NCBI RefSeq assembly: GCF_009914755.1
Contig: NC_060941.1
Strand: one strand, 5' to 3'
DNA: 64,000 nucleotides
Origin: the human T2T-CHM13v2.0 reference genome, Homo sapiens
Part shown: piece after piece, positions 11,291 to 31,240 of the stretch
Layout: the number at the start of each line of letters is the position of its first letter
Numbering within the stretch: position 1 is the first letter of the stretch
Made by a program: the position numbers and the translations under genes
Notes under the pieces: model-generated
Told to the model about the DNA's origin: nothing
Database searches by the model: none
Seen by the model: the letters and a program-made list of their open reading frames with translations, nothing else

Positions 11291-11570
11291 GCCCCGCCCC
11301 GTCCCATACCGGCCTGCGCCTGCGCCGGACGCTCCGCGGCCCCGCCTCCGGACCCGGGGCTGGGCGGGGCGCCGGTGCTAGTGGAACGCCGAGCCAGTGG
11401 CGGCTGGTATCCCGCGGCGGCTCTGGAAGCTGGACGCGGACCACGGCCCGGGAGCTAGAAACTGAACGCCCGCATAATAAAGACTGGAACCCTCGTTCTC
11501 AGCTCTCACCAAGTGGACTTTTTGCGGGGTGTGGCGGCCGGGTCTCGACCACAGCGTGGATCACCGGCTG
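10980..11570. promoter_or_regulatory. CpG island over the EPN3 last exon and proximal 3'UTR
   Basis: Dense CG dinucleotides and GC boxes (GGGCGGGGC at ~11362). Confidence 0.7.
11476..11481 (+). terminator. EPN3: EPN3 proximal poly(A) signal
   Basis: AATAAA 186 nt after the stop codon, with T/GT-rich sequence downstream (~11519-11535). Confidence 0.65.
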
Positions 11571-11869
11571 TTTAGGAAACTGCAGCTGCACAACGTGGGG
11601 TGCAAAACTGCCCCGCTTCCTTTACAGCTCTTCTCAACCCTCACCTCCATCCCCCGTCACCCAGGCACCTTCGCTTCCAGATGCTGCCAGGCTGTCACTC
11701 AATTCGGTCATTTCATTCATTTATCACACATGGGCACTGGGGTTGGGCTAACAGCAAGAGACAATAGGCCTTTGTTCCTATTTATTGGGTACTGCTTACG
11801 TGCTAAGCAGATCAGTTTATTTAATGCTTGCAACGACTCTCTGAGGTAGAAAATATTGTTAATTCCGTT

Positions 11870-12036
11870 CAGGATCCCGGCTACATAATCTGTGGGGCTC
11901 AATACAAAATAAAAATGTAGGGGCTCCTTGTTCAAAATCGTATGAAGAATTTCAAAACAGGGACAACAGAGCATGAAACCAAGCGCAAAGCCCACTGCAG
12001 TGCGATTGCACAGGTATCTCACCTTGCAGCCGGCAC
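11870..12036 (-). mobile_element. MER45A-like hAT DNA transposon fossil
   Basis: CCGGCTACATAATCTGTGGGGC...CCTTGTTCAAAA...GCGATTGCACAGGT resembles the reverse complement of MER45A (recalled from memory). Confidence 0.65.
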
Positions 12037-14016
12037 TACTCCCATTTTTCAGGCAAGGAAACCGTGGCTCAGAGAGGTTGAATGGCATGCTCAAAGTCAC
12101 AAAGCTGGCATGGGGCGGGGCTGGAACTCAAGAGTCAGACAGTCTGGCTCCAAGGCCTGGAGATCCCAGGCTGGGCCCCAGATTTAATTCAGCAAATATT
12201 GACTGACTGCTGTGGACAAAGTGCTGGGCTCACCTTGGAGGGATCCAACCTCCAGGAGCTCGAGCGCAGCAGGGTAGACAAGCCAGGGGCACGTGATGCG
12301 GCTGTGGCAGAAGCCAAGTGCAGGAGCTCCCAGGCTCCTTTGTTTTACTGAGTCACCTTAAATGTAACTCTGCCCTCTCCCTTGCTTCGCCAAGGCTAGC
12401 GAGAAACTCAGTCTTAGCCACACAGGAGGAATCGGACCCCTTCTGGGGGTTTATGTGGAGTCTGGGAAACCAAGGGTGGGGTGAGGCCTGGTACTCAATC
12501 CAGGAGGGGCCCCTATGACCACCCTCGCCTGTTTTTCTTCTCAATGCTCCCTGATCACTGGACCACTGGACACTGATGTGTCCTCAGTGCTTGGGGTCTG
12601 GCTCTGCAGGCAGCCTGCAGCCAGCCTCCATCCCCCTTTCAGGGACAAATGGCCTTCCACCAGAGTCGGTGAGTGGAGAGGCACAATGCCACTCCCCTTC
12701 CTGAGGTGGGGGTAGGGGAAGGGAGTCCCACAATGCAGTTACAAACAGGATGGACAAGAACACCTGCTCAGGAGTCAGACTTACAGGGTTCAAAGTTCTG
12801 CTCCAAGGTTTGACCCTAACAAGAATCACTTAGTAATAAGTGGTTATGCTCTGTGACCTTGAGTAAATTACTTACCCTCTCCATGTCTCTGTGCCTGCGT
12901 TTCCTTACTTGTCAAACGGGATCAGAAGTTTCTTCCTTGTGAGGTTACTATGTGGATGTCCCCAGGCGTGTCCATTCAGCTCAGAGTCCACCCTCTTCAA
13001 AGACTGACCATGAGGCACGAACCCATCATGGCTTTCACTCCTGGTTTTGCCAGGCAATACCCAGAGTCCAGCACCCATCTATTAATATCTTCTGCTGCAC
13101 CCAAACCTGGGATGTTCCATCCTTCTTGGCCCCTGATCCACCCTTTGTGGCCCTGCCACCCAGGCTCTCTTCTTCTAAACTGGATCCCCCCGAGGACTCC
13201 CAAGGGGAGCTGTTTTGTTTCCCACAAAAAAAGTTGGCAGCCTTGCTTCCTGCCTCCCTCCTTATAAGACCCCTCCTGCTAGGAGGTTGGTGCCATAAGT
13301 CATTCTGTCTCTTCCCTGCCTGGGGCTGCCACTCCACCTCACTTTTGGGATGCTTCGGTCTTGGCTCATGGTCTTCTCATCCAGCTCTTACCTCAATTTC
13401 AAGTCGCTCCATTATCCAAGGACCTTATGGCCCCTTGACCTCTCAATGACCCTCACCATGGTCACACTTGGAGGTTTGTCATCACCCCAGATTCCTCTAC
13501 ATTCAAGGCAGGCTTCTGGCTCTCTGAGCTTAACCTCATTCCTTCTAGCCAGAACATGTTCTTTGGAGCACCCACTGGACCCTCCGGCTAGCCAACCCTT
13601 CCAACAACCCGCCACACCCCACATTCTCAGAGTCACCCAGGACCACCATCTCTTCTATCCTTGATGGCGTCCACCACTTTCTCTCAAACGAATCCTTCCC
13701 ATCGAAATGTGTCTTAATTAGCTCCATCCATCTTGACAGTGTCTTCCCATCTATCCTCTCATATCAAGCACCCATCATCTCTCTCTGTCTCCCCTCCCTT
13801 TCCTCTTCCTCCTCAGCCGACTCGGCAACTTCTGCTCTCAGCCTGACTTCACTAGAACGACGCCCACTAAGCACACCAATGGCCTCCATGTTGCTGAAGC
13901 CAGTGGACATTTTTCTGTCCCAGCCAGGCTGGCCCCTCAGGAGTCTGACATGTAGGCACTCTGTCCTTCATCTCTGGGGTGCTGTCCTTTGCACCCTGGC
14001 TGCTTCCCTTCTGTGT

Positions 14017-14330
<314 letters not shown>

Positions 14331-14887
14331 TCCATCTGTGTCTTTCACAGGCTTACTTAAGCCTGGACCTGAGCCCTCTTCTCTGCTCCTCTGCATGGTC
14401 TCCCTGGATCAGCTCCACACCCACATGGTCTCAACAGTCAAGACCCCCAATCCTCTCTCCTGAAGCCTCTCCTCTGTCCTCCAAGCAGTGTCATCTCTGC
14501 CTCCATGTGCACATCTCAAACCCACAGGTCCCACAATGAACCCCATGAGTTGTCCCCCCACCCCCACCCCATGCCCTCTCTTGAGGGAATGGCCCCACCT
14601 TGCAAGTCACCCTGGACACCGCCTTCTTTGTCGCCGCCCATCCTGACGACGTTTCCTCCTTGACCGACTTCCAGCCCATCCCTTTCTCTGCATCTCTGCT
14701 CCCCCATCTCCCCCTGGGTGCTGCTATAGCCTCCTATCTGCCCCTGCTTTCACTCTTGCCCCTTTCCAGTTCATTCTCCACTGGGAAGCTGGTGGGATCT
14801 TTCCAAAACGCAGATCTAACTGGGTAACCCTCCTGACTAAAGCCTTTCAATAGCTTGCTTCTACTGTCATCAAAAATCCCCTTCTCT

Positions 14888-15172
14888 GGCCAGGCACGGT
14901 GGCTCACACCTGTAATCCCAGCACTTCGGAGGCTGAGGCAGATGGATCGCTTGAGGTCAGGAGTTTGAGACCAGCCTAGGCAACATGGCGAAACCCCGTC
15001 TCTACTAAAAATACAAAAATTAGCTGGGCATGGTGGCGCGCTCCTGTAGTCCCAGCTACTTGGAAGGCTGAGGCACAAGAATCGCTTAAACCTAGGAGGT
15101 GGAGGTTGCAGAGAGCCAAGATCCACTGCACTCCAGCCTGGGCAACAGAGTGAGACTCTGGCTAAAAAAAAA
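14888..15172 (+). mobile_element. Full-length Alu (AluS-like)
   Basis: GGCCAGGCACGGTGGCTCACACCTGTAATCCCAGCAC...GCACTCCAGCCTGGGCAACAGAGTGAGACTC plus A tail. Confidence 0.93.
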
Positions 15173-15175
15173 TGG

Positions 15176-15357
15176 GGTCGGGTATGGTGGCTCATGCCTG
15201 TAATCCCAGCACTTTGGGAGGCCAAGGCAGATGGATCACCTGAGGTCAGGAGTTCGAGACCAGCCTTGAACCCAGGATGCGGAGGTTGCAGTGAGCCGAG
15301 ATCACACCACTGCACTCCAGCCTGGGTGACAGAGCGAGACTCTGTCTCAAAAAATAA
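15176..15357 (+). mobile_element. Internally deleted Alu, head-to-tail after the previous Alu
   Basis: Left arm ...GAGTTCGAGACCAGCC joined directly to right-arm TTGAACCCAGG... Confidence 0.85.
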
Positions 15358-15359
15358 AA

Positions 15360-15812
15360 ATCCCCTTCTTACAGTTCACGAGTGTCTCCAAGATCTTGCC
15401 TCTGCCCTCATCTACTGCCTGTCTTCCCTCTTTCTGCAGTTGCTCAGCCCGGACTCACTGACAAGCCACGGGACCTTTGCACAAACTGTACCTCTGCCTC
15501 CTTCCCCAGCACTCCCCCTGAGCACCCTCCAAGTTCCTTTCTCTCGTTCTCCATGGCTTCACAAATGTGATTTCCTCAGGGAAGCCTTCATCCTTTGCCC
15601 CTTCCACCAGATCAGGTCACTTGTTACGTTATACCCTCACGGACTTGTCACGTGGGTGTTTATCGGTATGGCTGTCGAATTAGCATCTGCCGCTCTCAAC
15701 AGACTGTGAGCCATGTGAGGGCAGGAGCCTTGTTTCTCTCTGCCCACCATTGTATACTCAGTGCCTTGCAGAGTGGCAGGCGGCAGGCACTTAATAAATA
15801 TTGGCTGAATGT
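15360..15812 (+). mobile_element. L2 LINE 3' fragment (further degenerate L2-like sequence at ~13000-14880, interrupted by the Alus)
   Basis: L2-type 3' end AGACTGTGAGCCATGTGAGGGCAGG...GGCACTTAATAAATATTGGCTGAATG. Confidence 0.6.
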
Positions 15813-16342
15813 AGCCAATGAGGCCATGTGTAACCTATGAGACATAAAATGGGCTCATCAGTATTATTTAAGGAAGACTTCCTGGAGTGGGTAGGATTTG
15901 AGTAGGACCTAGAGACGAGGAGGCTGCAAAAAGCAAACCTTGTTAGCTGGTGGACCTGGCCAAGGTACGCCTTCGCCTTGGATCTCATTTCTCATTTGTA
16001 AAATGGGCAGGGGTTGGACAAAATGAGCTGAAGCTCTGGCATCCCATGTCCCTAGCATCTCCCAGCCCTAGATCCCACAACTCTCCCTATTCCCTTGAGA
16101 AGGGCTGTCCTCCCCAGGCAGGGGCAGAGCCCAGTTTTATGCACAGAATGGGTCCTCCCAAGGCTCGGGTGCCTGATCTGCAATTCTGCGCTCCGCCGCA
16201 GGGCGACGCTCGGAGACCAGCCACACTGTCCCAAGTCCCGGCGAAGACCCGCCCGCGGCTCCGTAGGTGCCCGGCCCGCCCCTCGCAGCCTCCTGACTTC
16301 CCTTCCTGTCCTCAGCGGCCGGGCCCACGGCCCCGAGCAGCC

Positions 16343-24798
<8,456 letters not shown>

Positions 24799-24961
24799 CT
24801 GCCCCAACCCCCTTGGGGTGGGGCAGAAGGTGAAGCATCCCAACTGACTAGAGACTCAGGCCCTGCAGGGCCCTATAGAACCTGTGGCCATCCCTGAGCA
24901 CCCTGCCACCAGGTGACCTCGGCCATACTCACTGCCCCCCTTGGGCACCCACTCACCCTAG

Positions 24962-24967
24962 AATAAA
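24962..24967 (+). terminator. SPATA20: SPATA20 poly(A) signal
   Basis: AATAAA 164 nt after the stop codon. Confidence 0.85.
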
Positions 24968-25339
24968 CTTAACAGTGTCCCGTGGTAACCTGAGGGCCTC
25001 AGCTTTGCTTATGAGGGAGGGACTGGGAACCAGCAGCTCAGGGCCACTTCCTCTGGCAGCCCCCACCTGACCCCTCTGCCTTCTCCCATTTCTCCTTCAT
25101 CTTCCAGGGGTCAGCAGACTGCCCCTTTCCCTTCCATGGTCATTGTAGCCTGAATGAATTTAGTCCCCTGAACTGAGGTCAGGGGACTAAAACCAAGTAA
25201 AGATGCCCAGGGGTGGGCATGGGGGTGTGGACTGGCCCAGGAGGGAGAAAGCACAATCCTTGCCCTCAGAAAGAGGTTAAGAAGGGAACCTGCCCTCCCC
25301 TCCCCATTGTCTCCTTGTGTTGAGCTGGAAAGGGGGCAG

Positions 25340-28300
25340 AGATGCTTTATATGAGCTTTTATATTTCACAGAATGGTGACTTTGCATATGCCCTGGTGCA
25401 TTGTGGGAGCTGCTATTGTCACGACTAAGACATTTCTTTTGGGGTATCCATCTAGCCCCAGCCTCGAAAGGATGGAAGCAGGGCCTCCTTGCAGGAGGTC
25501 ATGTTGTCCATTCGTCTGCTTTCATACAAGCTGGTCCAAAGAAAGAGTTCTCTTTCGTTTGGAACATCTGTTGGGTTGGAAGTCCTTCCCCAAATCTATC
25601 TGAGTCCTTCTTGCTGCAGAGAAAGCCTTCCTGTGACCTCATCCTTTCCCCTAAATGTTGGGAAATGCTCCTGAGTCCTGTCCTTGACACATACATCTTC
25701 CTTGGGTTGAGGGATGGGGACTGGGACACATGCTTTGGGAAGGGCAGGTGCAGAGTGATGGGGCTGACGGGGTGGGGGAAGCAGGGGGAGGAGCTGTCCC
25801 TCTGAGGCCTTTGGGAATCGGCTGTGCCAGGCATCCTCAGCCCTCCAGCTAAGCAACACAGAGAGCCAAAAGAGGCTACTAGAGACAAGAAGGCCTTCAT
25901 GGGGCCACTGCTTGTGGGGGATGTCAGCAGTGGGGAGGAGTGAAGCAGGAAGGAACCGGGAGACTGGATGGAATTGCTCCCTTCACACGGTCACACATAG
26001 CCACACATGGTCACTGGGACCAGAGTCAGCTCTGTCTGGGCAGCCAGGCCCTCAGTGCAAGCCACCAGCCCATCTGGAGGGGATTAGTGCTCCGGCCAAC
26101 AAGGTCAGCTGGCCCCTTCCTAGCTGGAGCCTACTCAACCTTGCCAGGAAGTCAGAGAGCTGGACAAGTGGAGCCCAGCCTGGGGAGGTGGAAGAGAGGG
26201 AGGATGGAGCATGGTGAAGCACAGGTGGCCTTTTTGGCAGCCCCAGCCCTGGCTTTGGAACAGTCTGGGCAGTGTGCCAACCCCTCTTGCCACTGTCGTC
26301 CCATTGACCCTCATGAATGAGTTGCGAGGCAGTTACCTTCAGCCTCCTATGGATAAATATTCGAGGCCCAGAGAGGGTAAGAGACCTGCCTGCGACCCCT
26401 CAGCACTTCTGTTTCTCTCTGGGGTCTTGAGGGTACAATAAAGACCCCTAAGGCTTCCTCTTCTCGCAGGAGGTCCAGGCGCAGCTGTGGGGGAGGGTGC
26501 CCTTGGTGTCTTCTGTCCCTGCAGCCAGTCTGCTTTCTACTCGGCAGCTCCTCTCTCCCTCCTGGGATGAGATGTGCACGCGATGATGGGATTCTGTAAA
26601 TGGGTTGGGAAGAAGGAGTTACCTCCTTAAAGGGTTAGTTCTCCCAGGAGTGCTCGAATTTCTAAAGGGGGCAGGGTCCCACATAAATCTCACTCAGAAG
26701 CAGGATTATAAGAGTTCCTGCAGCATCCCTTCCCCTTTGCTGGTCCCTCTTGAGTGTGCACCCTGTTCTACCAGCGGAACACCTGCGGGCCAGGGTCACT
26801 GGAGACAGGGCCATACCGTCTGGGCAGTCACTTAAGTAACTTCATCATTCTGAGCCACCCCCCTTCCTTATCTGAAAGGTGGGGGGCCATCCACCCAGCT
26901 CTCAGGGCTGTTAAGGTGACTAAATGGGATAATGGTTGTATCATCCCTGAGCAAAGGGTATCACAGATGGGAAGATTATCTTAGCTCCGCAGGGAGCCAG
27001 ATGGGCTGTGAGGGAGGGGTAAAGGCAGGGCTGGAGGGGGCTGGAGGGGCTGGCTGAGCAGGGTATATATGGGGGGGGTTCTTCCTCAAACCCAGAAAAA
27101 CTCTTAGTTAGGCTTAGTGTCTTTGTTGAGAAACTGAGGCCCAAAGAAAGGAATTTCTTGTCCCTTTGTTTCCCTTTCCCTGCCTGAGGTCATTCATTCA
27201 CCTAACAACTTTGTGCCCGACACTAGACAAGGCCCTAGTGAGCAAAATGAACATAGCCCCTCTGGGAACACAGAGCCTAGATAGGGAGATGATCATTTCA
27301 TTACTGCAAACACAAACATATAATCCCAGCCTGGGCTAAGTGCTGTGAAGTTCCAGACTTGTGTCTGGCTCGGTGCTGTATCCTAAGCACCTTGGCACTT
27401 AAGTGGCATTGAAATACTTGCTGGAAAGAAGGCCACTCTGAGGAGGTGATGTCAGAGCTGAGGCTTGGAGGGCTGGAGTTAAATAAAGATGGTTTCAGGT
27501 CTTCTTTGCCTTCCCTGTAGGTTCTGCCTCTGCCTCCTCTCTGGCACTCAGGCTAAGGGTAAGCATCTCCGACTGGCCATCAGCCCCAACATGCCGAGTA
27601 CAGGGATCAGATCCTGTCTTGCGTGGCCGGTCTCCCCTAGGTCCTGAACCCAGGGAAGTGCATGTGGATCTCAATTTATCTAGATGGTGCGTTTGTGCCT
27701 GCCCTCCTTTCGGGCATGTTCTAGAACAGAGTTCAGTCCAGAGCCCAGGGGTGGCCGGGATGATGGATGAGGGTGTGGGGCCTGCTGACCACCAGGGGAC
27801 CTGATCATTGGGCTGGGCCAGCCTCTCTGTCCTCATTTTCCCCTCTGCAAAGAAGGGGTGTTGGGCGTCCCTACTTCTCGCGCCAGCCCCGGGGCCTCTA
27901 TCCTGGCGGGAAGGGCAGGCCGACCCGGCAGACTGCGGCCTCTCGGGAGGGAAGAAGGTGTCAGACGCGCGGAGCAACCATAAATAGCCCCCCTTTCCCA
28001 GAAGACGGCACGGGGTTCAAGACTCAGGCGCCGCATACTCAGAATGAGAGCAGAGACTCCCGCCAGGAAAAAAAGGCACTTAGGGGATCTGCTCATTAGC
28101 ATGAAATGCAAATGAGCCCGCCCGGCCTCATTTACACAACTCTGTGCATGGATTCGGCGAAAGGGCAACCAGGGAGACGACGGCGCAGCAGCCACTCTGC
28201 CACTTCCCCCATCCCCTCCCCCCATCGGCCGGGGCGGGAACTGAGACGACCCCAACCCTCTGCGGTGGCGGGAGGTGCGCGGGGGCTGCGTGGGTGGTGC

Positions 28301-31240
28301 AGCCTTAGGAGAGTGAACAACGCCCAGGGGTGATGGCCTCAGCAAAGTGAGGGGTGGTGATGGAGGTCATCCGACCCATCCCGCCGCCTCTCCGCAGTGG
28401 CGCAAGCGCCCCAAAATCTCCGGAGAGGGAACTGAGTGACCCACTAGGTTCCGCCGTGTCTACCTCTCGCAGATGTTGGGGAAGTGCTTCCCGGCGTCTA
28501 ATCCTCGCTGTTCCCCCCTCCACCGGCGCCCAGCACACCCGCGGCGCTCCGCTCCCGGGTACCCACAGCTTTCTGGAGTGGCGCCGGCGGCAGGAGAGAG
28601 CTAGAGCCGACTGAGCCCCAGAACTCGGGGAGGTAGGCGGGGCAAGGGCCGGGGTCTGCGCGTGCGTGTGCACGCGTGGAAAGCACAAACCCACGAGGGC
28701 CCGCTGCCGGTAGGGTTAAGGTGAGTGAGTGAAGGCGGCAGACCCGCGAAGTTCCAGTTCCGCGGACACTCTTTCCCTAAGCCACATAGGGACTTAAGAG
28801 AAACTGAGGCACGAAGTTGGGGGGTGGCGGTGGTGGGGACTTTGAAGGTCGAGTCGATAAAGCCCAGCTCTGTGCTTCCGCCCCCTCCCACACACTCGAG
28901 ACCCCCACAGGTTCCTTCTTAGGGGTCCTCGCTCTGCTCCGCAGCCCCTCCTGGGGATCCGGGCTCTGCGGTCCAGCGCGACCTGCCTGGGGCCACGTGT
29001 TCAAGCACGAAGCCCCTGCGTGGAGTCCACGCCCTTCAAAAGGTCCCTAGGGGCAAAGGGATGAAGCCCAGGAGCGTCAATGTGAGGTCAGGTCCAGCGG
29101 GTTAGGGTTACGAGGTCAGGGTCGAAGTCTCAGAATTGACTCGGGAGTATGACCAATAAGCCCAAGAGATTTGTGGAGGCCACGCCCAGACCATGCCTAC
29201 CCTAGCCTTTCTCGAGCTCCGCCCGTTTCTCCAAGACTGGGCCCCTCCAGCCTGAAGCCCCACCCCCAGGACATCCAGCTCCGCTCCTTCCCTCCCCCAG
29301 TCCCGCAGCCAAGCTCAACTCCAGGGTGGGAGATTAACCAGGTGGAGACCTGGGATTTCGCTCTGGGACCCCCTGGTGACAACCCTCACCCCCGTGCCGC
29401 CTGTCTCCTTTCTTCCCCAGGCCCGCCCAGAGCTGAGCTCCGTCCTCCGGCTGCTGCCCAAATCAGGGGTCGTGGACAAAGGATGCCTGGGGCCTGCGGC
29501 CCTACGCCAGGACCCCGCGCCGAATACTCTGATTCTTCGGGCTCCCTCCAAGGGAGTCCCAAAGACCCCAATGGCCAATAGGAAAGTGGGTTCGGTCTGG
29601 GCAGCAGTCTGATTGGCTCCAGCCTTCGGGAGCGGACCCAGGGGCAAGGGGAGGGGAGAGGGGCGGTCCTGGGTTTTGGGGTGGGAATCGGATTCCAGCT
29701 GTGGTTCTCTCCCTGCGCTCCCGCCCGCACTGCCACGGCGGACGGCCAATGGGCGCGCGGCTCGGGGCCGGCGGCGTCCGGCGATTGGCTGCGGGGCTGT
29801 CTGGGGGCGGGGCCGAGGCTTGAAGTTGAAGTGAGGGATCCAGCTGTGGTGTGCGCGGGGCTCCTCGCCGCCGCTTTCGCTCGCTCGCTCCGCGTCTCGG
29901 CCGGAGGAGGAGGCTGTGGCGCCGGCGACAGCTACGGCAGCGGCAGCCACCGCGGCGGCTGCGGCGGCGGCATCTCCGCCTCCACTCCCGCCCGGGACTG
30001 CCCCCCACTGTCTCCCCGCCCCTCCCGGACAGTGAGCCCGCGGCGGGGCGGGGGAAGGAGCCGCCCCCACCCCCTCCAAGCCCACCCCTAAAGAGATCCC
30101 TCCTCCCCTCCCCCGCCGCCTGGCGCGGAGCCGGGACGATGCTGACCCCTTAGATCCGGCTCCAGCTGCGCCGCGGGAAGAGGGGGCGCCCCTCCCCGGA
30201 CCCCCGCCCTCCGCCGCTGCCCCCCTTTTCGTTCGCCCTCTCGGGGCGGCTTCGCCGAAGGTAGCGCCGAATCCGGCAACCGGAGCCTGGGCGCGAAGCG
30301 AAGAAGCCGGAACAAAGTGAGGGGGAGCCGGCCGGCTGGCCCGGGAAGCCCCAGGGGCGCAGGGGAAGCGGGACTCGCGCCGGGCGGGGTTTCCCTGCGC
30401 CCCGGCGCCCCGCGGGCAGCATGCCCCTGCGGGCAGGGGGAGCTGGGCTGAACTGGCCCTCCCGGGGGCTCAGCTTGCGCCCTAGAGCCCACCAGATGTG
30501 CCCCCGCCGGGGCCCCCGGGTTGCGTGAGGACACCTCCTCTGAGGGGCGCCGCTTGCCCCTCTCCGGATCGCCCGGGGCCCCGGCTGGCCAGAGGATGGA
30601 CGAGGAGGAGGATGGAGCGGGCGCCGAGGAGTCGGGACAGCCCCGGAGCTTCATGCGGCTCAACGACCTGTCGGGGGCCGGGGGCCGGCCGGGGCCGGGG
30701 TCAGCAGAAAAGGACCCGGGCAGCGCGGACTCCGAGGCGGAGGGGCTGCCGTACCCGGCGCTGGCCCCGGTGGTTTTCTTCTACTTGAGCCAGGACAGCC
30801 GCCCGCGGAGCTGGTGTCTCCGCACGGTCTGTAACCCATATCCTTCGGGGCACGACGGCCAGGCGCGGGGTCAGAAGGGGGACGGGCCGCACCGCCGGGG
30901 GTCGGGGGGGAAGAAGACCCACCGCCAGGTGAGTCGAAGTGAGCCCGGAGGGTAGGCGGATGGGGGGGGGGCTGCCAGGGAGGGGAGGGGGCACCAGAGT
31001 GGGAGCGGAGACGCGAGCAGGTCTCGTCGGTAACCCGGGCTTACCCCACCTGCGTACACACACCTCAGTCTTCCTGGGTTGGGGGGGTGGGGATCCAGGC
31101 CAGGAGAAGAGAGCTGTGCCCCGCTGGCTCGCAGCTGGACGCCCTCCAGATGTGGTCAGGGGAGGGTCGTCATCCTCCAGATGTGGGAAGCTTCGGGAGC
31201 CTGGGAGCTGTACTCTGCCCGCGCCGGTTAGCGAGCTGGG
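25340..31240 (-). ncRNA. CACNA1G-AS1: CACNA1G antisense lncRNA locus (boundaries approximate)
   Basis: Mostly prior knowledge of the locus. Sequence support is limited to a minus-strand GG|GTAAG donor at ~31044 and variant TATAAA signals (TTTATA on +) near 25346-25363. Confidence 0.4.

Noticed and set aside
14734-15709. ORFs of 193 and 171 aa
   Set aside because: Alu-derived translations.
29099-29110. Telomere-like GGGTTAGGGTTA
   Set aside because: Only two units; better explained as part of the nuclear-receptor half-site array.
30521-30595. In-frame TTG-initiated N-terminal extension of Cav3.1
   Set aside because: Near-cognate start overlapping a uORF stop, while the annotated ATG has an optimal Kozak context.
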